Below are positions 24,291-34,676 of a stretch of 64,000 bases of DNA, in pieces. Numbering within the stretch: position 1 is the first letter of the stretch; every line of letters starts with the position of its first letter. Below the pieces are notes generated by a model that was given only the letters and a program-made list of their open reading frames with translations, had not been told where the DNA came from and ran no database searches. The translations under genes and the position numbers were made by a program. The stretch is from Guillardia theta CCMP2712 (Eukaryota > Protista > Cryptophyta). The stretch covers positions 784,130-848,129 of the forward strand of contig NW_005434657.1 of the NCBI RefSeq assembly GCF_000315625.1. Reading direction: 5' to 3'.

Positions 24291-26100
24291 ATGCAGAGCA
24301 GGGAGCATGAAGGTATGAGCGGAGCCCGTCGGAGATGGTCGGGCAAGCAGCTTGCCGTCGGCATCCTCGGTCGCCATCGCGCCTGCATCATCGAGCTGAC
24401 GAGCTCGGGGGTCCTCCGCGTCCTCGCAGTCCAGTCCATGAATCCCCAGTCGCCCAAAGAGAAGTTCGTGGTGGACGAGGCGGCATGCAGGACGACGGTG
24501 GAAGCGGAGTGCTGGGTGGAGGATCTCACGAAGGAGGTAGAGGCCAAGGCGAGGAACTCTCGTCCTGAGTTCAACGCTCTCCATCTGCTCTTCCCTCGGC
24601 GCGATAGGACGATGCCAGAAACCAAGGTACTCGGGGATGGACGTCCTGTTTGTGAAGAGATACATCTCCTATGACAGTCTTGTGTGAAGATTGTATATCT
24701 TCTATGCATGTATTATGCACAGTAGTACGACTCCTATGAATGTCTTGTGTTTGAAGAAAAGGTATCTCATGGATGTGTTGTTCAACTTTCTGTCTTCAAA
24801 CACGATCTCGCTGCTCACACCATCACCCACAGGCAGGGACTGCTCTCCTGGTCCGCGTGCAGATTCTTGGCGACAAGGGGGAGGAGGAGGAGTGTCAGGA
24901 GGAGATCAACAGGGCCAGGAAGGTCTGGGCGGAGAGGAGGTTTGAGGCACAGAATAAGGTCGTTGCGATCCTGGACCTGAGATTCGCATCCTTCAACCCG
25001 CAGGTTGTCCATGTTCGCGTCAGATGTTCAGACCTCGTGCATGCTTGCCTTGATGCAGGAGGAGATGTGATGGAAGCGAGGGAAAGAAGATGAGGAGAGG
25101 GGATGAGAGCAGGGCAGGGCAGGGCAGGGCAGGAGAGGAGAGGAGAGGAGAGGAGAGGAGAGGAGAGGAGAGGAGAGGTGACTTTGTTTCTGTTTGCAGG
25201 AGGATGCGCATGTGCGACAGCTACATGAGCTGTGGCAGCTTGTGTTTGGAGGAGAAACAATTCCTCCTCCTATCACTGGGGTGACAAGTAACGATGAAAG
25301 TCCTCGAGGTTCAGACGTGTCCTGCTGTTTCTTGGATCTCTCCGTTCGTCCTCCACCCCTCCACCTCTTTCCTCCCCCCTTCTTTCCCTCTCCCTCTTCC
25401 CCCCTCCTCATTTCCCCCTCCTTCATTCTTCCCTCCTTTTCTCCCCCCCTTCCTTGTTCTTCCCTCTTCTTCCCTTCCATCCATCCCTCACTTTTGTTCT
25501 TTACCCTCACAGTATTTCATTTCTACTCTCTGCCTTCAACCTCTGACTTGTACCATTTCTCATGTCATTCTTTGTTTCGATGATATCCCTCAATGTTTCA
25601 CTTGCTGATTTCTGAATCTTTTCTTTCACTAACGATGAGGAACAGGGGAGAGGACCTGGTCGGAGCTTGGTTTTCAGCAGAAATACAAACCGCAGGCTGA
25701 TTTTAGAGACACTGGTGAGTTCATTCTTTGTCAGACATCCTCTTCTCCGCTCCTCCTCTCCTTCCTCTGTTCTGCTCTCCTCTTCTCTCTCGTCCCCTCT
25801 CCTCTCTCTTCTCGTCCTCTCCTCTCCTCTCCTCTCCTCTCCTCTCCTCTCCTCTCCTCTCCTCTCCTCTGCTCTCCTCTCCTCTGCGCGGAATGGGCGG
25901 GGGCCATGACCTTGTCAAGGTGGGGGGGTTNNNNNNNNNNNNNNNNNNNNNNNNNNNNNNNNNNNNNNNNNNNNNNNNNNNNNNNNNNNNNNNNNNNNNN
26001 NNNNNNNNNNNNNNNNNNNNNNNNNNNNNNTGGGATCAACCTGACCCACATGATTGTTGATGTGCTCTTGAGACCCACTGTTGTCAAGGTGAAAGAGGAG

Positions 26101-26142
<42 letters not shown>

Positions 26143-26756
26143 GAGGGACGATGGGGTGTTGGAAGTGGAGCTGATTGGGGAATTGAGGGGAAGAGCATTA
26201 GGAGCAGGAGCAGGAGCAGGAGCAGGAGGAAGTCACGGTTTTCTCGGTAGGCAGCACCAGGAGCAACGTTGAGCTCGCGACTTTTCCTGCTGCTCAGCAG
26301 ATTGACGGTGAGGAGACGAGGAGGAGGATCAGCCCTGCTGTGACGAGGACGGTCAGGATGGAGATGGCGAATCATCACTCGAAGAACTTTTCTCCTGTGT
26401 GTTTGCACTCTTGGAGCAGGTGCTTACGAGCTTGTCCTCTTGCAAACTCACTCACTCGTCAACAAACAGCTGTGGGTGAAGTTTGGAGCTACCTACATGA
26501 TGTTCAACAGGTCGTCACGACCTCTCTCTCCTGTGGCAGGAGCAGCGTGTTGACGGTGTTCCAACAGCGTGCTCAAGGCCGTAAGAGCGTGCCTGGAAGA
26601 GTTTGTCGAGGAAGAGTTCAAGAATCCATCCGGGAGCCTCGACAACTTGAGGTGAAGAAAGTGACTTGATGGCAAGGAGATCAGGTGCTGATGTCTCCTT
26701 ACAGAAATTTCAATGTTAACCAGGTAGAACTCCCCGCTAGTAAACACTCCCTGTGA
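24291..26756 (+). CDS. ELMO/CED-12 domain protein (ELMOD-like ARF/ARL GAP), with a possible N-terminal PH-like region
   Basis: Exons encode EDAHVRQLHELWQLVF, ERTWSELGFQQKYKPQADFRDTG (25646-25714, the ELMO WxxxGFQ..P.xDFR motif), GINLTHMI and LEELFSCVFALLEQLWVKFGATYMMFNSVLKAVR. The gene spans a gap and its ends are approximate. Confidence 0.8.
25931..26030. other. Assembly gap (100 N)
   Basis: N run. Confidence 1.
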
Positions 26757-26929
26757 ACCCCCGCCTCCTGCTCCATCCTGGTTCTACTTCCCCCTTCCTC
26801 CTCCTTCCTCTCTCCTCTCCCCTTCCTCAAGTTTTTCCTTCTTTCTCCTCCTCCTTTCTCTCCCACACCTCTCCTCCCCTTCCTGCGCTAACTTCAGTTG
26901 CGTGCTCTGCCTCCCTCTCTTGCAGTCCC

Positions 26930-29244
26930 TCAGTCCAGGTCGTCGAGGATGCCCTCCTTGGGCCACTCCACTCCGGCTTCTTCCATCTCCTTCATCAGCT
27001 TCTCCAGCTTTTCCTTCCTCCCTGCCCACACCGCGTCCTCGTTGAGATCGTAAAGTTCAGCGTCCCAGTCGATCCGAGGGAACTGCGGCTGCGACGCAGG
27101 AGCCCTCTGAGACAAGTCCTCTTGCACCCCCCTCCTCTCTGCCTTCTTCATCACCACTCCTTCCTTCCCCCTTTCCTCTCCTCCCTCCTCTCTCCTCAGC
27201 ACCTCCCGCAGCTGCTTCCAGGCACCCTTGTCCTTGATCCCTTCACCGCCCTCCTCCTCCTCCCTCTCCAGCACTTGCAGCATCCCCGCCTCCCGCATGC
27301 TCGCTCGCAGCCGAGGGTGAACCTTTGCGGCCTCCACAGCCGACAGCATACAGAGAGACCCCAGGTGAAACTGCGACCAGGGCAGGAGGTGGGCGGCTAG
27401 AAGTTTGCAGTAACCGAACTCAGCTCCGAGGAAAGTTTTCTCTCCCACCTCCTTCACGCCCCTCCACACCTGGAACGCGAGCGAGATGAAGAGGATCGCT
27501 ACCCCGGCCTCCTCCTCCTCCTCGTGCCCAACACTCCCGCATGCGAGCTCTGCTTGCTCGCTGAGATGGCAGACCAGCTCGTTGAAGGCAACGGGGGAGG
27601 AAGCGACCGCGTCAGGACGGAACCCGAACACCCGAGACAGGAGGGTCACCCCGGCAGAGCAGCGGTCAGTCAAGCTCACGTCGTCCAGGTCCTCGGCAAC
27701 TTTCTCGTCCTCCTCCAGCGCCTCCAGCAGCATCTGAGCTGTGGACACATGCCCGTTGTAGCGCACGAACGTGTCCATCACCTTGTCCCTCGTGACCATC
27801 TCGGTCAGGCAAGGGAGGAGGTAGTGCAGAGCACGGATCCTGACGCTGCCCCTGCGCGGGGGGAAGTGGCAGAGGACGGGGAGGGTCGAGCAGAAATGCT
27901 CGTCGAACTCGTCGCTGTCCACCTCGAGGAACCAGAGGCCGAGGAGGCGAGCCATGGGGATTAGCAGAGGGTCTTCAAACTTGTTGCTCTCTACCATCTC
28001 GTCGAGGTACCAGAACACAGCCTTCACGCTCTCCTCGAAGTCTGCCTTCATGTACAGCAGCCTCTGCACATCCATGTTCCTGATCCTGTACAAGTCCCCT
28101 CCCTTGCCCCCTTGCCCCTCCTCCTCCTCATCCAGACTCTCCCCGAGCATGTGGATAATCTTCTCCACCAGCGCCAGGACCATCGGAACGATCTGCTGGT
28201 TGTCCTCGGGCTTCACCTTCGCCTCCAGCCTCTCCCTCAGGTCCAACTTGGCAAACCCGAGGAGCAGCTGCAAAAACTTCCCGTCCGGCGCCCCATCCCG
28301 CTCAAGCTCCTTTGGAAACGCCCACCTCTCCCCCAGCTGCCCAAACATGTGCAGGGCTGCCATGAAGATGCTGGAGCGGTAGACTCCTCCCAGCCGGTTC
28401 CGCAGCAGCTCCAGCAAGCCCTCGCGAATGTTCTCCTGCCATGGCTGAATCTGTCCGTCACCGACGAGCAGGGAGCAGAACTGAGGTTCGGAGCAGGAGA
28501 GGAGGACGTTGATGCGGGGTAGAGCGTCGATCTTTTCCATCCCCATGTTGTGACCGAAGATGTCAGAGAGGCCTTTGAGGACTTTCATGGCAGACTGAGG
28601 GAAGCGGGAGGGGTCCATCAGGTGATCTAGCACAGCAAACAGCCTCTCCTTCCCCTCCTTGTCCTGGCTCGTCTTGATAAGTTCCGTCAGCCGCACAGGA
28701 ACGTCCTTGTCGCACAGGATCTCCCTGGAATCCTCGAAGGAGGACCAGCACAGCAGCGCCGTCAGCAGGCTCTCCATGGCAGGATGCGTGGAGTTGTTGA
28801 GGCAACGGGAGAGATGAGGGGTGATCTTCATGAACTGCTTGTCTTGTCTCAAGTCTGAACAACCAGGTCAGACACATGTTGCGACAAGTCCATCCCCTTC
28901 CTACCTGGCCAGACCTCCTGCGCAGCACAGAACACCCCCAGCACCTGCAAGGCCACACACTGGTAGAGCAGGACGGTGTCTTCGTCTCCTGCCTTGCGTG
29001 TGAGGGACGTGGTGTCGTCAGATCAGCATCGGGTCACCTTGACTGAGGAGGAGGCGGCAGATGAATGTCAGGCCGAGAGCGTTGTAGATTCTACGGACAT
29101 CTTCAAGTTTGTCTGTTTGCATGTCAGCAGGACCCACCGCCGGCTGCCCTGCTCACCTGACTGCGCAACTTTGGGAACAAGCATGAGCCCGGCAAACTTC
29201 TCCTCATCGGAACCTCCCTGCAGAAGTCGGACGCACTCCTCCAT
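26930..29244 (-). CDS. NCDN: Neurochondrin-like ARM/HEAT protein
   Basis: N-terminal MEECVRLLQGGSDEEKFAGLMLVPKV, RIYNALGLTFICRLL and VALQVLGVFC match the neurochondrin N-terminus. The long helical exon spans 26930-28852. An extra upstream exon (~29330-29390) is possible. Confidence 0.8.
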
Positions 29245-30243
29245 GCCTCCATGCAGTGGAGGCGCTGGGATGTTCCATGTCAGCACATGCTCGAGATCTC
29301 CCAGAACACCGTGGAGCACATGACTCACGAGGAGCTCCTCCAACAACACATCGTTTGCCTTGCTTCTCTTCTCTCTCTAGCATCTTCTCCATTTCTTTTC
29401 GTGGAGAGAGTTTCATGAAACATGCTGCGTAAACTATTTCTCCCCTTCCTTGTTACACCTGATCTCACCTACTCTCTTCCTTTCCCTGCCCGCTCTTCAA
29501 GCCAACTCTTCTCCCTATGCCCCATCCCTATGCCCCATCCTCCCTCCTGCTCCTTGCTCCCCGTCCTTGGCACCCCTCCTAGTCCTTCTCCTTCTCATCC
29601 CCTCTAGCTTCTTCTCCTCCCTCTCACTCCCTCCCCCTCTCCTCCCTCCTCCTCCCTCCTCCCTCCTCCCTCCTCCTCCTTACCCGCCATTGGGGTGCTT
29701 AGCGCTCCGTGCATGCAGATGGGACGGGAGATGTCGGGGTTGCTTCCTAAAAGGGTGGGTCATCATTTAAGGGTGGGGGTAATATTCTCAAATTACTCTA
29801 GACTACCCGTGATTATAGAGCAATTTAGAAGAGAAAGAACCTGGTTCTGGATTATAGTAGGGGTACTGGACAGACTCGGATTTGAAAGAGTGGGTCCGCA
29901 TCAAGAAGGAGGGTGGGGTCGGAACTCTAAGCAGGAACACAATGGTGGGACGATGCGGAGGGGAAGAGGAAGGAGAGAGAAGAGGAAGAGAAGGAGAGGA
30001 GAGGAGAGGAGAGGAGAGGAGGAGGGAGAGGAGGAGGGAGAGAACTCTTGAGATACTACATGACATTCAAGTCTAGAGATGCCCCTGGCTCTCCCAAGAC
30101 ACTCGAAAGATTTTCAGAACCTTTGTGGAACAGAAACTAATCAGACGAAGACGAAGATAATGAAGACGAAGATGAAGACGAAGATGAAGAAGATCGAAGT
30201 GAAATAACAGGCGACAAGAATTCATTGATCTGCAGTCGGCATC

Positions 30244-32519
30244 ATGTCAACGAGGCTTCGTTGGAACGCTCTCCTTCTCATCTTGCTGTTCTCGTCCTGG
30301 GCTCAGGTCGGCATCGGACAGCTGGAAGACAACCGGGAAGTTCAGACTCTCTTCGAAACAGCATCATCTTGCTCGACTGAGAGCCCAGAAACGACGGTGG
30401 GACGTCTGTTCCAGCTCAGCGAGCTCGCAGCGCGCAGAGGAGACATCGACTCCTCCCTTCGCCTTCTCGTCCTCATCGGCCGCCTGTTCGGTCCCTCCAT
30501 GGAGTTGCATGTGCATCTGGGCGATCTGTACTGCAAGCAGAGGAAGTACGACAAGGCGCTCAACGAGTTCCGCCAGGCTCTTGTCAAGGTGCTGCGAGCG
30601 TGTCCCTCGGAGGCTGGCGGGTGTAGGAGGAACACCGCATGGTCCAACCAGACTGTCGCCATCGGCTCAAGGGCTGGGCTCTGCCTCATGGAGGGGAGGA
30701 GGTTCAGACTTGCCGCAGCTCTCTTCGACTTGGCGCATCAGCAGGAGCCTGAGGCTGAGGGGATCCTGTGGTACCTCGCCATGGCGCAAGAGTTCTCGTC
30801 CTCCTGGCGCGAGGCTGCGGCATCGTACAGGAAGTGGCTCCTCCTGCAGCAGGAGGAAGAGCTGGAGGGCTACCAGGTGCGTCGACCCAAGGGAAAGAAG
30901 GTGATCGCCTTCCTGTGCGTGTCCAAGACACCCAACGAGCACGGAGGGACGTGGAGCTCGCGGTCGCTGGAGAGAGGAGGGATCGGTGGCTCGGAGGAAG
31001 CGGTTGTCCTCATCAGCCGGGAGCTGGTGGAGCGAGGATACCATGTGGAGGTGTACGGGTATCCTGCCAGGGAGGACGTCGGGCCAGACAAGCATGGAGT
31101 CGTCTGGTTGCCTGTCTCCTCCTACTTCACCAACGACCTCCCGCCCCCACATGTGTTGGTCTCGTGGAGGTGCTATGCCATGGCTGCTGAGGGAGGAGCA
31201 ACGACTCTCAAGTACTTGTGGCTGCACGATCGCGTCATGCCCTCACACCTTCCTCCCTCCCTCGTCGACCAGCTGGATGGCATCCTCGTTCTGAGTTCCC
31301 ACCACAAGAGCCAGCTCCCAGCCCACGCCCAGGTGAAAGCGATTCCAACTAGCAACGGGCTCGTGCCCTCCTTCTGGGAGGATGGCCCCAACAGCCACAA
31401 CGAGTTCATCTTCGCCAGTCATCCTGTGAGTTTTCGTGCTGTGCGATCCCTTCGGTTCACTGGTTCCACTGCAGGAGAGAGGCCTGGAGCTGCTGCTCGA
31501 GGCCTGGCCGGAGGTAGTGAAGCACGTCCAAGGCAAGGCGATGCACTTCATTCCTTGCCTGATTGTCCTTACCCGCAGGGGCTACGCTGCACGTCTATCA
31601 TGACTTCCCCAAGGACTACGGGCAGTCTGGAGCTCCTCCTGAGGTTGCTCGTCGCCGCCTTCACACTCCTCACCTGATGCCTCACGACCTGACGCAGGAG
31701 CTGAAGCGCATGCGGCGAATGCGGAGGAGGGTGGAAGACATGCTCGCTTCTCTCCCGGGCATTCGCCGACATGGCATGGTCAATCAGACGGTGCTGGCAA
31801 CAGCCTATGCTCGAGCAGGGTTCTGGCTGTACCCCACGAGGTCCGGGAGGAGCGGAACCTCCTGCCTGTCCCTGACGCGCGAGCAGCATGGCTGAGACAA
31901 GCTGCATCAGCGCGATGAAGGCTATGGCCAACGGAGTGAGAGATACAGCAGGAGGAGACCTCTGTGACAGGTCGAGCAGGCTATCCCCATAACAAGCCGA
32001 TTCCCTTCCTCCGGGTTGATCGAGACGACTGGCATGAGCTGAGTGTAGAGCAGCGAGCTGTGTGACCGTCCTGCAGGAGATTTTGACTTGGGCCCGCCGA
32101 GCTACAGCAGGGAGCAGACGGTTCGTTCGCCATGTCATGAGCATGTCATGATGCTCGTGCAGTATGCAAGGAACAGATCTGAGCTGAACAAGTGGACGAG
32201 AAGTGTGGTGGAGGTAGGAGAGTGGCAGCAGAAACAGGGTAACTGACTTTCTGCAAAGGCTTCCATGGCGGACAGGAAGGGATTGCTCCAGGAGCAGAGG
32301 TGAGGGATGACAGGGCGACCGTGCGACTGAGGTCCTTCTTCAGGAGGAGGATGAAAGGCTGGGCAAGGCACATATACTCGTGGACGTCGATAGCAGCACA
32401 GGTCCTTCCCTTGAATCTGTCAAAACCGCAGCTGACCTCGTTCTTCCCTTGTCCGGCTGAAACAGTGGGACGAGCTCTTCACTGCAGGTGAGTCTGCAAG
32501 GTCAAGCGCCCAAAGTTGA
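30244..32519 (+). CDS. Secreted TPR-repeat plus GT-B (family 4-like) glycosyltransferase
   Basis: Signal peptide and TPR-like helices. GT motifs GIGGSEEAVVLISRELVERGYHVEVY, YLWLHD, FIFASHPERGLELLLEAWPEV, GFWLYPT..ETSCISAMKAMANGAIPITS and YSWTSIAAQW are joined over ~9 short introns. Confidence 0.85.
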
Positions 32520-32592
32520 GTTGTGATGATCAACTTTCTTTCATTAAAAAAATATGTCAATGCGAGCCAGTTTCATGAATGACATCCAAATT

Positions 32593-33634
32593 CTACATCC
32601 CCAACTTTGATCTCTCCCCTTCAAGCTGCAGAATTCCCAACATCATGAGGGTAAACCAAAGGAGAAAACAACTTACCACTTTCTTGACACGAGTTATGCA
32701 CTCCTCACTGCAAACAACCTTGTCAGTTCCACGTCACCGACAACCTCGCTTGCAACTCACTTCTGACCCTGGACCTTGCCTCCATCATAAGGTGGTTGAA
32801 TTCGCACCCCTGTCAAGCATCCATCTCAGTGAGACCACAGGCATGGATGGAGGAGCTACATCACCTTCTTGTGGCGTCCCAAAGTCCACGAGGATGTCCT
32901 GAGCCGCCCATCGGCATGTCATACTGTAACACTGTTACACCAGGAGCAAAGCCAGGTTTCCTCTGCTCACGTCTTCGAAAGAGCGTTGAAGATCAGTTGT
33001 GCCTCCCTCGTCACGTTCTCTCCGATGTTCTTGCCCTTGGCGAGTTCCTTGGCAACCGAGTTGGCCTCTCGCTCTCGCATCCTACATCGCAGCCTTGGAG
33101 TTAGCATTGAAAACATCATATGATCTTACAGGAAGGAAATAGCTAGTATGAAAGGGAATATCTATCGGATGAGAAACGGCTAGGTATAATATCTCATCAA
33201 TGTCATGCTGGGGGTGGACAAACTTCTCTCCCTGCCGCGTTATCGCTTTATGCTTGTGTGGAAACCGTTGCACATCCAGGCACTGTCCGCGCACAAGAAT
33301 GCCACCTCTGTTCTATTTTCCTCTCTCTCTCTCTCTATCCCACCCCCAATCGCTGTCCATCTCACTTGAGTGTTTACCTTGCAATGGTTGCTTCGGAAAC
33401 ACTGGGCACGGGTTCTGGAGCCTTGGCAACACCAGAAAGCTTGACCGAGGACGCATCGATCCTGCTTCCCTTGAGCATCCTATAGCTCGCGATTTGCTGA
33501 CCCACACAGTTCTCCTTGAGCACCAGAGTATCTGTGCCCTTGTCGTACGTGAAGACTTCTCCTCGGATCACCTCCCCTCCTCCCTTCATCTTCAGCTCCA
33601 CCTCCCTCCCGCACCAGTCCCCGCTCGCCTCCAT
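32593..33634 (-). CDS. LSM12: LSM12 homolog (Sm-like domain plus anticodon-binding AD domain)
   Basis: GREVELKM..GEVIRGEVFTYDKGTDTLVLKE; IGENVTREAQLIFNALSKT; CRWAAQDILV; VRIQPPY; LTRVKKVLEGERSKLGM*. Confidence 0.85.
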
Positions 33635-34049
33635 GCTCTCCCCTCAACCCTATACCCCTACCCCTTGATTATAACCCCCCACCCTCCTCGACTTGCACCT
33701 ACCACATCGAATCCAAGTACCCACCCTCCTTTCATTGAAAATTTGCAGCAGATGTCCCCACACTTCGTCCTCATACCACCCTTGCTCAAGAATTACCACC
33801 CTCTCGGATAGATCAGAACCCCCCACTTTACTACCCTCACCCTCCTGTGTCATCCCACCCCTCTTCCCCTCATTTTCTCAGTACCCACCCTATTCATCTC
33901 ACCACCTCACCCATGTGGTAATCACCCCTTGAGCACTAATAAAAATGTTCTAAAAGGACCCGGTTCTACGTCTTCCCTCCGTCTTCTTCGGGTCCTAACC
34001 CCACCCACCCCACCTTCTGTCACAAGAATCGTGTGACCTCATCTCCGCT

Positions 34050-34460
34050 CAGCCCCTTGTCATCAGAGTCAGTGCAGGAGCAGGTGCAGGAGTCAGTGGA
34101 GCAGCCGCACTGAGTTGAGTCCGTCAGTCCACACCGTGTCACAGACGACCGGGCGGACACCGGGTCACGGTCCAGGGGTCCGATTGACCGGCGGAGTCCG
34201 GCCCGGTCCGGAGTCCGAGACTCTGAGACGAACGGCGGGCCGCGCATGCTGAGACTGAGCCTCGGATGCCAAGACTGAGGCAGCCTGATGACCGTGGAAC
34301 GCCGAGTATCGATCGGACACTCAGTTCGACAGGCCGCCCGGCGGCGTGATACTTGCCGGCGGGCAGACTCGTGACTTCCGGAGGCAGTGACTAAGGAAGT
34401 TTGACCGTAGTCTTTCTGTACTTGGAGCATCAGTGATCCGAAGAAGTTCTCCGGATGCCG
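34050..34460. promoter_or_regulatory. GC-rich CCGG/GAGTC palindrome island in the LSM12 / cNMP-gene divergent intergenic region
   Basis: 10 CCGG in ~310 bp (manual count) and repeated GAGTC/GACTC. No credible ORF. Regulatory role is inferred from position only. Confidence 0.5.
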
Positions 34461-34676
34461 CAGTGTTTAAAGTTTGTTACTCTCATTTGGTTTGTCAGGG
34501 TCAAACAGCATAGTGCGACTGCCGCAGTGCAGCTGAGTCCCATTGCTTCAACAATAAAACTGACATAAAATAATGTGTAGTACATTGAATCTCACCTATA
34601 TCCTATAGCTCTACCTAGCAGAGAGGTCGGACCTACCCCTTCCCACTTCCCGGAAGGATCGACGTTGATAAACGCA

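Noticed and set aside
23658-26756. Giant surface protein continuing through a transmembrane helix into the ELMO domain (receptor-GAP fusion)
   Set aside because: One frame of exon 23658-23756 gives a convincing GPI-type C-terminus and stop, and the ELMO gene has its own ATG at 24291. It is not fully excluded because the upstream gap hides the phase.
34020-34430. Arg/Ser/Pro-rich ORFs over the GC islands (also 38772-39136, 50615-50869)
   Set aside because: They reflect GC-rich palindromic composition and show no domain or host-like codon pattern.
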